From positions 131,407 through 195,406 of the forward strand of contig CAVUYZ010000003.1 of the NCBI GenBank assembly GCA_963745865.1: a stretch of DNA of 64,000 bases, in the 5' to 3' direction. Below the pieces are notes generated by a model, which saw only the letters and a list, made by a program, of their open reading frames with translations, ran no database searches and had not been told where the DNA came from. The DNA is from an uncultured bacterium (GTDB lineage Bacteria > Actinomycetota > Acidimicrobiia > Spongiisociales > ZC4RG35). The first letter of the stretch is position 1, and every line of letters begins with the position of its first letter. Positions 20,205 through 29,992 of this stretch are shown here, one piece after another. The position numbers and the translations under genes were made by a program.

Positions 20205-20653
20205 CTACGCCCGCCGCGACTCGAAGATCGCCCTCACCGTGTCACCGTGTCACCGTGTCACCGTGTCGATGGTGTCCGCGTCCTTCGGATCTCTGGCGGG
20301 GCGATGGGTGCGGACCCTGGCGAAGCGCAATGCCATCCCACCCTGATACCGGGTGCTGGGGAAGCAGCCTCGTCGAAGGCGATCTCGATCACGATCTCGG
20401 GCTCGACGTACACGGTCCGCTTCGTCCTTCGGACCTCCAACTCGAACAGGGCCTCGGTCTGCGACTCCGACATGGAATCGGTCAGCCCCTTGGAGGTCTT
20501 GCCCGGCATGAGCGATTCGTCGTCCACAGGTCGGCCGTGGGCCTCGCTCGGAAGCTCGCTCGAGATCTGTGGTGTGTCTGCCCGATCAGCCATGTGGTCA
20601 CCGTATCCGAGGGGTCGGACATTTTTGTGGATGGTGCTTTCTGCGAGAATCAT
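20205..20653 (-). pseudogene. 3'-terminal remnant of an ATP-dependent DNA ligase (LigB-like). It is truncated at the 5' side, has one frame break, and carries a 24-bp tandem-repeat expansion.
   Basis: [40 protein letters not shown], then [28 protein letters not shown] in a shifted frame. With the repeat removed, the end reads DTIDTVRAIFESRRA*. Confidence 0.6.
20235..20266. repeat. Tandem 8-mer (CACCGTGT) x4
   Basis: Read directly: caccgtgt caccgtgt caccgtgt caccgtgt cgatgg. It lies inside the ligase remnant's last codons. Confidence 0.95.
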
Positions 20654-20660
20654 TCATCAC

Positions 20661-22329
20661 ATGCCCCCAGCGATCGCCCCTGCCTCTCGACTTCGCGCCG
20701 ACCTCGACGCGCTCTCGGAGTCGCTGGACATGGCGACCTTCCGATTCTCGAGTCGATCCCGACCGGCGGCAGCTGAGGTCGACGGTGACCGCCTCGATCG
20801 ACGATTACCTCGTCCCGCGGCTGGCCGACCCGGAGGGCCCGTTGCTCGTGGCGGTGTTCGGTTCGACCGGGAGCGGGAAGTCGACGCTGGTCAACTCGGT
20901 TGCAGGGTTCGAGGTCACCAGCCCGGGAGTCCTGAGGCCCACCACTCATGCGGCAGTCATGCTGTGTCATCCCGACAATGCGGGGCAGGTGAAGCGGTTG
21001 GAGGCGGTCGGTGACGTCGTTCTCGTCACCGATGACCACCCCGATCTCAGGTGGTACTCATTGATCGACACACCGGATGTCGATTCGGTGGTCGAAGCGC
21101 ATCGTGACCAGACGATGGCGATACTGGCGCGTGCCGACGCGGTGATTCACGTGACCACGCCGCAGCGCTATGCCGACGCCGTTCCGTGGGTGATCCTCCG
21201 TGATGTCGCCCGCCGCGATCTTCCGATGCTGGTGGTGACGAACCGGTTGTCGAAGCGATCGGGCGGGGCGGTGACCGATCTGGCGGCGCTGCTCCGCGCC
21301 GAGCGGATCATCGACGACGCCCGAACCGCTGACATCGTTGCCATCCAGGAGCAGCGACTCCGTCAGCACGGGCGCCTGCCGGCGTCGACGGTGCGCCGGG
21401 TCACGGCTCATCTCTCCGATCTCGCCGAGCACCACACCGACGTCGTCCGCCGTGGTGTTCGCGGTACCTTCGAGGCGGTCGTCGAAGACGCACGATCTGT
21501 CGTCGATGAGGTTCGAGGACAGGAGTCCGAGATCGCTGCCCTCTTCGAAGCGGTGTCGGTTGCGGTGTCGCATCAGACGTCGGAGGTGCACGGCCAACTC
21601 GAACATGGCGATCTGGTTCGGTCGGAGGTCGTCCAGCGATGGCGTCGACTGATCGGGGTGTCCGACCTCGCCTCGATCGTGTCCCGGGGAGTGGGGCGGA
21701 TCAGAGACATCGTGGTCCCGGGTGACGCCATCCCCGCCGACCGGGTCGACCAGGTCGGCGACGAGGCTCGCGAGGCCATCGTCGACCTCTCGATGTTGCG
21801 ACTGCGTCGGGTGCACGAGGCGATCACGACCGCCTGGCGGCTCGAGCCGTCTGGCCGATCGCTGATCTCGGGCCCCCTGCTCCAGCCGGCCGAGGATCGG
21901 CAATTGGCCGAGCACGAGGTCGACGAGTGGCTCGCATCGCTGGTGGATCTCGTCGCCGAGCAGGGACAGAAGCGCTTCAAGCTGGCCCGAGCCGCGTCGA
22001 TCGGGGTCAACGCGGCGGCGACCACCCTGCTCATCGCCATCTTTTCTGCCACTGGGGGGCTCACGGGAGCAGAGGTCGGGGTGACCGCCGGAGCCGTCGC
22101 CGCCCAGCAGACGGTGCTCGAGCATCTCTTCGGGAGTGCGGCGGCACGGCGGCTGGCGGAGGTGGCCCGTCATGACCTCGCCGAGCGGATGGGGACGGTC
22201 ATCGATGCCGAGGGATCGAGATTCCGGAGCGCGCTCAGCCAGATTGCCGATCCACCGGACACGATCGATCGCATAGAAGCTGCGCTCGAGACTGCCGTGG
22301 CGAGCGCCAACGAGTGGTTCGATGTCTGA
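20661..22329 (+). CDS. Dynamin-like / MMR_HSR1-type P-loop GTPase (first of a pair), with one frame break near 20750
   Basis: MPPAIAPASRLRADLDALSESLDMA.., then IDDYLVPRLADPEGPLLVAVFGSTGSGKSTLVNSVAG..VLRPTT..LIDTPD..TNRLSK. The hydrophobic segment IGVNAAATTLLIAIFSATGGLTGAEVGV lies near the C-terminus. Confidence 0.7.
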
Positions 22330-23845
22330 CCTCAGGGACCTGATCGACCGCTTCGACCGACTCGTCAGCATCGCTGACGGAATGGTGCCCGCAGATGCTC
22401 TCGAGCGCGCGGCCCGCGTCGGGCGGCGAGCGCGGGATCGGCGCGGCTTCCTGGGCGATACGGTCGTCGTGGCGCTCGCCGGGGGGACGGGATCGGGGAA
22501 GTCGTCTCTCATCAATGCGCTCGCCGGTGAGATCGTGACGGAGGCGGGAGCCCAGCGGCCGACCACGTATCGGCCTCTGGCATGGATCCCGTCGAATCCG
22601 GAGCCGGGACTCGTGCGTCTTCTGGACTCGATCGACGTGACGGATCGGGTCGGCCAGGACGTGATTCCGTGGCTCGCGATCATCGACCTCCCCGACACCG
22701 ACTCGGTGTCGGAGGAGAATCGGGCGACGGTTGAGCGGGTGCTTCCACTCGTCGACGCGGTCGTCTGGGTGGTCGATCCAGAGAAGTATCAGGACAGGCT
22801 TCTCCACGAGCGCTTCCTCCGTCCGCTGGCGCGTCACGCCGACCGGTTCCGGTTCGTACTCAATCAGATCGACCGGCTCGATCCGGATGCAGTGGGCGCG
22901 CTGATCGAGGATCTGACCGTGAGTCTCCGCTCGGATGGGGTAGCCGAGCCGATCATTCAACCGATGGCTGCAGACCCACCGCTCGGCCAACCGGTCGGCG
23001 TGGATGGGTTCATCGCCGATATGGAGTCGCTCGGGAGTGCGAAATCGGTGGTCGAAGCGAGTCTCGTGAGTGATCTCGACACCGCCGCGAAGCAATTGAT
23101 GGCCGCAGCCGGGCTGGAGGATCCATCCGGTACCGGGTTCAGGGACCTCTGGGAAGCGGTGAACGACGAGGCATCTCGATCGATCGCGCGTGACCTGATC
23201 GGTCCGAGCACCGTGACGGAGGCACGAAGGGTCGGATCCCGGGCTGCCCGAGCATCGGCGTCGTTGCGAGCGAACCGCGTCGATGGTGTCGACGTCCCGG
23301 TGTCACCGTCGACCGGCACCGGAACGAGTCGCGCCGTCGAACGCGTGGATCGGATGCTGGGCGACCTCATCGAGACGGTGGGCCCCGAGCATGCCGAGCC
23401 GATCAGAGCGGTGAGGAGAACCGTCGAGGGGGAACTGCGAGGAGCTGCGACGACGGCGGGCGTTGCTGCAACGATCCGGCTCACCGATCCGCCCCGATGG
23501 TGGGGGACCGCCGGATGGATCAGGGTGCTCGTCGGTCTGGTCGTCGGATTCGGCGTATGGGCGATCGCATCGGCGAACGAGGTCACGGCGCCGCTTCCGC
23601 TCGGGCTGGGCATTGTGACCGCAGTCGGTGCGCTTGCGGTGGGCGGGGCATTGATCTCTCGGTCCGGGCGGTCGTGGGCGGAGGAGGCGGTCGGCGGAAT
23701 GGATGGGCAGGTCGTGGATCTCGTGGCCCGGGAGCTCGACCGCCGAATCGGGAGGCCGGTGCGGGACGCGTTGCGGGTTCGCGCGGGGCTCGCCGCCGCC
23801 CACGCCGATTTCGAGCTGGTGCGGTCCGACTTGCGTCTCCGTTAG
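22322..23845 (+). CDS. Dynamin-like P-loop GTPase (second of the pair) with a C-terminal two-helix membrane anchor
   Basis: Intact 507 aa: VVVALAGGTGSGKSSLINALAG..QRPTT..IIDLPDTDS..LNQIDRL. TM region: WWGTAGWIRVLVGLVVGFGVWAIA..LGLGIVTAVGALAVGGALI. It overlaps the upstream gene's stop. Confidence 0.75.
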   Translation: MSDLRDLIDRFDRLVSIADGMVPADALERAARVGRRARDRRGFLGDTVVVALAGGTGSGKSSLINALAGEIVTEAGAQRPTTYRPLAWIPSNPEPGLVRLLDSIDVTDRVGQDVIPWLAIIDLPDTDSVSEENRATVERVLPLVDAVVWVVDPEKYQDRLLHERFLRPLARHADRFRFVLNQIDRLDPDAVGALIEDLTVSLRSDGVAEPIIQPMAADPPLGQPVGVDGFIADMESLGSAKSVVEASLVSDLDTAAKQLMAAAGLEDPSGTGFRDLWEAVNDEASRSIARDLIGPSTVTEARRVGSRAARASASLRANRVDGVDVPVSPSTGTGTSRAVERVDRMLGDLIETVGPEHAEPIRAVRRTVEGELRGAATTAGVAATIRLTDPPRWWGTAGWIRVLVGLVVGFGVWAIASANEVTAPLPLGLGIVTAVGALAVGGALISRSGRSWAEEAVGGMDGQVVDLVARELDRRIGRPVRDALRVRAGLAAAHADFELVRSDLRLR

Positions 23846-23857
23846 GGTCGTGGCCAC

Positions 23858-24730
23858 ATGGACAACTTCCTGACGAACACCCTCCCGAGCTTCTGGGATG
23901 ACAATTCCGGCAAAATGCTCGCGGCGCTCGGCGTAGCGCTGGCGGTGACGGCCGTCTACGTCGTCGTCGCCCGACTCTCCCGGGGTGTCGTGAGTCGGAT
24001 GGCTCAGCAGGGCGGCGAGGCCGCGGCCCGCGTCGAGACCCTGTGGTCGATGTTGCGCCGGGTGTTGACGATCGTGTTCATCGCCATCGGTGCGTTGACC
24101 GTTGCGGTCGTGCTCGACATCCCGATCACCCCGTTGCTCGCCGTCGGGTCGGCGATCGGGATCGCAGTCGGCTTCGGCGCCCAGGACCTCGTCAAGTCGG
24201 TGATCGCCGGGTTCTTCATCCTCGCCGAGGATCAATACCACATTGGCGACGTCGTCCACATCGGGGGAGTGACCGGAGCCGTGGAAGAGATTCGGTTGCG
24301 AGTGACCGTCCTGCGTGATCTCGATGGCTATGTCCACTACGTGCCAAACGGCGAGATCACCGTTGCCACCAACCTCACCCAGCAGTACTCGCAGGTCGTC
24401 ATCGACGTGGGGGTCGCCTACAAGGTCGACGTCGATCGAGCACTCGAGATCCTCGGCGACGAGCTCCGCACCCTCGCAGCCGACCCCGACTGGTCCGAGC
24501 AGGTGTTGGAAGAGCCGCAGATACTCGGAGTGAACGAGTTGGGTGACTCGGCGGTGACCCTCAGGGCCGTGCTCAAAGTCGGAGCGGACGACCGGTGGCT
24601 TGTGAAACGCGAGGCACTACGGAGGATCAAGAACCGCTTCGATGCCGACGGCATCGAGATTCCGTTCCCCCACGTCACCGTGTACTCCGGGGAGCCGTCC
24701 CCTGCGGACGCCGGGTCAGTGGAGGGGTGA
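23858..24730 (+). CDS. Mechanosensitive ion channel (MscS family)
   Basis: LLAVGSAIGIAVGFGAQDLVKSVIAGFFILAEDQYHIGDVVHIGGVTGAVEEIRLRVTVLRDLDGYVHYVPNG. Confidence 0.85.
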   Translation: MDNFLTNTLPSFWDDNSGKMLAALGVALAVTAVYVVVARLSRGVVSRMAQQGGEAAARVETLWSMLRRVLTIVFIAIGALTVAVVLDIPITPLLAVGSAIGIAVGFGAQDLVKSVIAGFFILAEDQYHIGDVVHIGGVTGAVEEIRLRVTVLRDLDGYVHYVPNGEITVATNLTQQYSQVVIDVGVAYKVDVDRALEILGDELRTLAADPDWSEQVLEEPQILGVNELGDSAVTLRAVLKVGADDRWLVKREALRRIKNRFDADGIEIPFPHVTVYSGEPSPADAGSVEG

Positions 24731-25639
24731 CACCGCGACAGTGAGGCTGTCGGGTCGATAGGCGACGTCGATGGACGTCATCGGAGGAAGCAACTCGCCG
24801 TCGACCTGGACCTCGATGGGTGCGGGTGATGCGGCGGTGAAATGGTCGATGTGCTCCCAGATGGTCAGCCCCTTGACGGCATCGAGCGACCGCGAGGATC
24901 GAATCGCCGCGTTCAGCATCTTCACCATGCGCCGCAACCTGACGCGTTCCATGACGAGCACGGTCACCGGGTCCGGCTCGCCGAACGAGAGCGGGACCCT
25001 CCCGAAGAAGGTGTATGCATGGTGGAACTGTGCCATCGCGCCGATGCACTGCATCTCCCTGTCTCCCGACGTGATCGTCAGGTCGGGCTCCCGCTTACGG
25101 AGGTCCCGAGCGATCGTGGCCAGAGCCGTGTTGAGGTAGTGGACCGACCCGAACCGGATCTTGCGGTGGGGGTCGGCCTCGGCTTTGGCGACGATGATGG
25201 CGTCGGGTCCGATACCCAGTGAAAAGAGCGCCGAAGCCTGGACCTCGCCGCCGGGCGACCTCCCGGTGACCGAGAGGGTCGGGAGTCGTGCAACGTCGAA
25301 TCCCTTGGCGAGGACCCGGACCGCCTTCTTGGGCTTCGACGGCGCGCCAAGGATCCTCGCGAGCACGTTGGTGGTACCGACCGGCACGATCCCGAGGATC
25401 GCGCTCGAGCCGATCAGGCCCTGGGCGACATGATGGACGACACCGTCGCCGCCCATTGCCACCACGATGTCGACTCCTTCGCTCGCCGCCACGTTCGAGA
25501 GGTCGCGTGACTCGGCTGCGTTCCGGGGCCAGGCTGTCTCGACATCGTGGCTCTTCTCGAGGGCCTGGATCGCCGAACGGTGGAGGCCGCCGGTGAACTG
25601 GGATGATGCAGGGTTTGCTATGAGCAGGGCTCTGGACAC
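24716..25639 (-). CDS. Diacylglycerol-kinase-family lipid kinase (DAGK_cat/YegS-like)
   Basis: ALLIANPASS..VDIVVAMGGDGVVHHVAQGL..LGIVPVGTTNVLAR. Intact 307 aa. Confidence 0.85.
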   Translation of the reverse strand: MSRALLIANPASSQFTGGLHRSAIQALEKSHDVETAWPRNAAESRDLSNVAASEGVDIVVAMGGDGVVHHVAQGLIGSSAILGIVPVGTTNVLARILGAPSKPKKAVRVLAKGFDVARLPTLSVTGRSPGGEVQASALFSLGIGPDAIIVAKAEADPHRKIRFGSVHYLNTALATIARDLRKREPDLTITSGDREMQCIGAMAQFHHAYTFFGRVPLSFGEPDPVTVLVMERVRLRRMVKMLNAAIRSSRSLDAVKGLTIWEHIDHFTAASPAPIEVQVDGELLPPMTSIDVAYRPDSLTVAVSPLH

Positions 25640-25662
25640 CCCGTCAGGCTACCGTTGCGTCG

Positions 25663-26679
25663 ATGGTCCAAGGCGAAGAGACCGACATCGAAACGCCAGT
25701 CGTCGATCCGAATGCGCCGCTCTACTCCCTCGAGCGTGAAGGTGGTGCAGGCGCGTTGTTGGCTGCCGCAGCCGGGGATGTAGCGGGTGGCGTCGTGGAC
25801 GACAGCTACGGGGCGAACACCCAGTTCGGGACGGTGTTCGCCTACCACCTGATGCGCAACACCACGGTCGACCGCGACCTGCTCCAGGCCGAAGTGCTCC
25901 TCCTCGATGGTGTCGGGGAGGCGCATCGCACCTATCGGGGCGAGTCGCCCGATCTGCGCCAGTGGTTGGACTCTGCCACCTCGGACACCCCGGCCGCGAG
26001 CACGGTGGAGTCTTCAGGGCCGGCCGCCAGGGGAATCGCCGCCGGCCTGCGATTCCGTGACCAGCCCAGCGACCTCGTCGATGCGACGCTTCGGGGCTCC
26101 CGGCTGACCAATCTGAACGCAGTGTCAACGGTCATGGCCGCCGCCATCGCCGGCGGGGTGGCCGCGTCGACCTATCACCAGATCGGCGCGGACCTGTTCG
26201 TGGGCGTCGCCGAGACCGCTGAGCGAGCGCTCGCCGAGCTGACGGGTGACGAGTTCCGATTCTCCGACATGGAAGGGGCCAAGCGGCTCCCTGCCAGAAT
26301 TCGGGCGCTGGCCAAGCTGGTTGGATCGGATCTCAGGACGATCGTCGGCTCGCTCTCGCTCGACAACGGTCCGGTCGGCATCGATGCGGCGCTCCTCGGC
26401 CTGGCGCTTGGCGGCGACAAGCACCACGATCCCGTCAAATTGATCGGGACAGCAGCGCAGGTCGGCGGGTCGGACGTCGGGATCATCACCGGTGCCATCG
26501 TCGGTGCCAGGAACTCCACCCGGAGATGGCCGTGGCGGGTGCCAAACGACACCTGGTTCGCCGAGATCGGCCGTCGGCTGGTCCTCAAGGAGACCGAGAC
26601 CCGAGATCTGCCGATTCCCTACGCGGTCGAGGAGCGGGTGGTTCTCAACATCGGTCCGGGGCCCTCGGCGGACGGTTGA
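25663..26679 (+). CDS. Divergent ADP-ribosylglycohydrolase-like protein (tentative)
   Basis: GALLAAAAGDVAGG resembles the GALLGLAVGDALG box. VGGSDVGIITGAIVGARNS resembles the GGDTDTIAAIAGAL box. The assignment rests on these two motifs only. Confidence 0.4.
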   Translation: MVQGEETDIETPVVDPNAPLYSLEREGGAGALLAAAAGDVAGGVVDDSYGANTQFGTVFAYHLMRNTTVDRDLLQAEVLLLDGVGEAHRTYRGESPDLRQWLDSATSDTPAASTVESSGPAARGIAAGLRFRDQPSDLVDATLRGSRLTNLNAVSTVMAAAIAGGVAASTYHQIGADLFVGVAETAERALAELTGDEFRFSDMEGAKRLPARIRALAKLVGSDLRTIVGSLSLDNGPVGIDAALLGLALGGDKHHDPVKLIGTAAQVGGSDVGIITGAIVGARNSTRRWPWRVPNDTWFAEIGRRLVLKETETRDLPIPYAVEERVVLNIGPGPSADG

Positions 26680-26683
26680 CCGT

Positions 26684-27994
26684 TCACAGCTGATCGTGAA
26701 GCCCGTCCTGGGCGTTTCGATTCGAGTTCCCGACCTCGGCTGTGTCCACATCGACGGTGCCGACCGCGACCCAGCCTGCCAGGATGAACCCGCCGAGCAC
26801 CAGCATCGCCGCATTCCTGCCGAGGCCGAGTACGTCGACGATGAGCGCCCACGCCAGCGGGCCGAGGATGGTTGCGAATCGCCCGACCGTTGCATACAGG
26901 CCGTAGAACTCGCCCAGATGCTGCGGTGGCGAGACCTCGATCATCGTCACTCGGTCCGCAGACCAGGTTGATCCGAGAGCGATGCCGCCGAGCGGCCCGA
27001 TCAACCAGGCGAGGATCGGGAGGTCCGCAACTGCCGCGCTGACGCCGATGAGGATCGCCGCGAACCACCCGAGGAGCGCCCATCGAAGCACCCGTTTGGA
27101 CCCGTACCGTTCGACGGCGTGCCCGCCGCCGATGCCACCGACGATGGCGAAGGCGATGGCTGCTCCGAGCAACGCCCGTGAGCCGGCAGGGTCGAGGCCG
27201 ATCTCCTCGATGGCGAAGATGGTCAGGAAGCCTCCGATCAGCGTGTTGATGGCGTCGGTGTAGAGGAAGCGGCTGAGGAGAAAGCGGATGACGTTCGGCC
27301 ACTCCGATGCTCGCCTCCACGACGAGATGAGATCGATGACGATCCGCCTGATCGGGGGAGCTGGACGGAGCATGGATGGCGGCGGGTCGGGGATCTTCAC
27401 GAAGGCGGGGATAGCGAAGAGCAGGAACCCGACAGCCAGCGCCAGGAACGTGTTGGCGTAGCCCAGATCGAGAACCTCGAGCCCGAGGATTCCGATCCCG
27501 AGGCCGATGAACGATCCGAGATACCCGATGCCGACGCCGCGCCCCGAGATGCGGCCGCGGTTCTCGAGGGTGGAGACCATGGGAAGGAGCGCGTCGTAGA
27601 CCACGGACCCGACGTTGACGGAGACGAGCGCGACGCCGAGCAGCAGAAACGTGACGGCGTCGCTGCCGCGGGTGAGCGTCGCCGTTGCGACGATGGCGAT
27701 CGCGGTTGACCACTTGAGGATCGTGATCCGTCCGCCGCGGGCATCGGTGACGGCTCCGAACCACGGAGCGAGAAAGACGACGAGGATGCCGGCGAGTGCA
27801 GCTGTCACCGCCAGCGCCGAGTCGGGGAGGTCCCTCGACGTCAGCCATTCGGGGAAGTACAGGCCAACGACGCCGAGGGCGAAGATCGTGTTGGCCAGGT
27901 CGTAGACCACCCACGCCGTCGTCGCACTGCGGGGGATGTCACGGGGTTGGGCGGTCACCGGCGAGAGTATGGCGGCTCGGGGCCTGCCGGACAT
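26684..27994 (-). CDS. MFS transporter (UMF1/ATG22-like)
   Basis: Intact 436 aa and multi-TM. The N-terminus WVVYDLANTIFALGVVGLYFPEWL is typical of the UMF1 family. Confidence 0.75.
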   Translation of the reverse strand: MSGRPRAAILSPVTAQPRDIPRSATTAWVVYDLANTIFALGVVGLYFPEWLTSRDLPDSALAVTAALAGILVVFLAPWFGAVTDARGGRITILKWSTAIAIVATATLTRGSDAVTFLLLGVALVSVNVGSVVYDALLPMVSTLENRGRISGRGVGIGYLGSFIGLGIGILGLEVLDLGYANTFLALAVGFLLFAIPAFVKIPDPPPSMLRPAPPIRRIVIDLISSWRRASEWPNVIRFLLSRFLYTDAINTLIGGFLTIFAIEEIGLDPAGSRALLGAAIAFAIVGGIGGGHAVERYGSKRVLRWALLGWFAAILIGVSAAVADLPILAWLIGPLGGIALGSTWSADRVTMIEVSPPQHLGEFYGLYATVGRFATILGPLAWALIVDVLGLGRNAAMLVLGGFILAGWVAVGTVDVDTAEVGNSNRNAQDGLHDQL

Positions 27995-28038
27995 CGCTCG
28001 ACAGGGTCATGCCGGGTGTCCGAAGGGTTGGTTTCGGA

Positions 28039-29112
28039 TCAGAAGGTGACGGCGACCGAGATCAACTCGTCGTGACCGAGGAGGCCTGCCGTCGCCTGGA
28101 TTGCACGGTTGGACTCGTCGAGCGGGAACTGGTGGCTGACGAGGTCATCGATCCGCGGATCGGTGTCGAGTTGGCGTGCAGCCCACCGGTAGGCGTTGGT
28201 CGATGCACCGAGCGCACCGATCATCGAGAGTTGCTTGCCGACGATCACATCGGAGAAGAACTGGCCGAGCGGACGGTTTCCCTTGGTCGAGGCGAGCACG
28301 AACCGGCCGCCGGATCGCACGATGTCCATCCCCGTGTAGATCGCCTCCGGGTCGTCGGAGGTCACGTCGATCACGATGTCAGGCCTGGTACCGAGGTTGT
28401 TGGCGACTTCGAAGGCGAGGTCGTCCACCGACACGTTGACCGTGAGGTCGGCGCCGAGGATGCGCGCCAGTTCCAGTCGATCTGCGTCGTGGTCGAGTCC
28501 CGCGACCCCGATCCATTCGGCGCCAGCCGCCTGCGCGGCCATCAGGCAGGCGAGGCCACGCGGTCCGGGACCGAGGATGAGGACTCGTTCGCCCGGTTGC
28601 ATCTGCGGGAGTTCGACGGCCCAGGTGTATCCGGCGGCGAGCGGGTGGGCGAAGGTTGCCACTTCGGCCAGCGTGTCGTCGCTGATCGGGTGGAGCACGG
28701 CGTCGGGGTCGATATAGAGCCGCTCGGCCAAACCGCCCCAGAGTCCGGGAGGCTCCGTGGACGGGAGGACTCCGTATGCGTTGAACGGTCGGCGGGAGGT
28801 GCAGGAGGCGAGACCGGTGCGGCACGATTTGCAGGTTCCACAGCGGATGATCGGCTCGACGAGGACTCGGGTGCCGATCGGGAGGTCGATCGTGTCGTCG
28901 AACGTGTCCGCAATGCGGCCGACGACCTGCTGACCAGGAATGAGTGGGTACACGAGGTTGGGTCGGTCACCGCGCCACGCCTGGACCTCGGCCCCGGACA
29001 GTCCGGTGGCCTCGACGGCGAGCCATCCGCCGCTCTCGACCGAGCGAGCGGGCAAGCGAGTCGCTGCGAGCCGCCTCGGCTCGACCAACATCATCGCTTT
29101 CACGTCGCTCAT
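28039..29112 (-). CDS. Zinc-dependent alcohol dehydrogenase family (MDR) oxidoreductase
   Basis: The start MSDVKAMMLVEP is at 29112, inside ORF 28039..29610. Motifs: PLIPGQQVVG, CGTCKSCRTGLASC and VLILGPGPRGLACL. Confidence 0.85.
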   Translation of the reverse strand: MSDVKAMMLVEPRRLAATRLPARSVESGGWLAVEATGLSGAEVQAWRGDRPNLVYPLIPGQQVVGRIADTFDDTIDLPIGTRVLVEPIIRCGTCKSCRTGLASCTSRRPFNAYGVLPSTEPPGLWGGLAERLYIDPDAVLHPISDDTLAEVATFAHPLAAGYTWAVELPQMQPGERVLILGPGPRGLACLMAAQAAGAEWIGVAGLDHDADRLELARILGADLTVNVSVDDLAFEVANNLGTRPDIVIDVTSDDPEAIYTGMDIVRSGGRFVLASTKGNRPLGQFFSDVIVGKQLSMIGALGASTNAYRWAARQLDTDPRIDDLVSHQFPLDESNRAIQATAGLLGHDELISVAVTF

Positions 29113-29236
29113 CAGACCCCCAGTGGCGTGGAGTTGAGTATGTCGACTGAAGTTGCCGACAGAGAGTCGACAACTTACCACAGAGGCGATCGACCCCAGT
29201 TCAGGGGTCTTGAGCCGGCCGAGTCGATGGGGCACG

Positions 29237-29992
29237 ATGGCAGCGACGTGGGCTCGCATATCCATCAAGCATTCGCTGCTCTGCGCCATGGCGGCTGCGG
29301 TGCTGGCGACCGGGTGTTTCGATGCCGATTCGCCCATGGCGCAGTCTCCCGCAACGGCCGTGTCGGCAATCCCGACGCCTCGGCCACCGACGCGGACGTG
29401 ACGTCGCGCAACCGCCCCCGCCCCCGCCCTCGACGGCGACCACCGTCGCGATGGTGCCGCCCGTGGGGTCGCGTGAGCGGCTGGCGGCGCAGATCGAGCA
29501 CGCATGGGCCGAGTCGACGGCGGGTATGCGGTGGATCTCGGGGACGTGCCGATCCCGGATCTGACGAATCCGGATCCGCTGGTCGCGGTGGGCGAGCTGT
29601 ATCGCTTCAACTCGTGGTTGCTCGAGCATGCCGCCTCGCCGGAGTGGGCAGAGGTGATCGCGATGCGTCCGGGTCATGCCTATGTCGATCTGAGGCTCGT
29701 GCACGAGGCATTCCGTTTCAAGCGCCTCGACTACACCGGAGACCAGGTCTTCCATGCCGCCGGCCTCGAGGTGATCGGAGAGCCCGATGGAGTCGGTGGG
29801 GTTCCACGCGACGTCGCCGCCGGAGCACCACCGGGGAGTGTTGCCGTCAGCTACGAGACATCGACCGGACCGTACCGGTCGGTTGGTTCCGACGGAGTGG
29901 TCTACCAGGAGTTCCCTCGGTTCGACCTGGTCATCACCGTTGTGCTCTCGCCGACCGAGTCCGGATGGAAGATCTTCTGGGAGGAGCGATGA
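29237..29992 (+). CDS. Hypothetical lipoprotein with frame breaks near 29395 and 29520
   Basis: MAATWARISIKHSLLCAMAAAVLATGC contains a lipobox. The protein continues in ORF 29322.. and then ORF 29504..29992. Confidence 0.45.

Noticed and set aside
25663-26679. Claiming loss of catalytic residues in the ADP-ribosylglycohydrolase-like protein (and in the PAP2-like remnant at 10486-10901)
   Set aside because: The window clearly contains sequence errors or decay, and I cannot align these proteins properly by eye. Statements about individual active-site residues would not be supportable.
28039-29610. A 166-aa N-terminal extension of the alcohol dehydrogenase ORF
   Set aside because: The extension is Arg/Ala/Pro-rich with no homology signal and overlaps the divergent lipoprotein gene. 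The conserved MDR N-terminus begins at the ATG at 29112.
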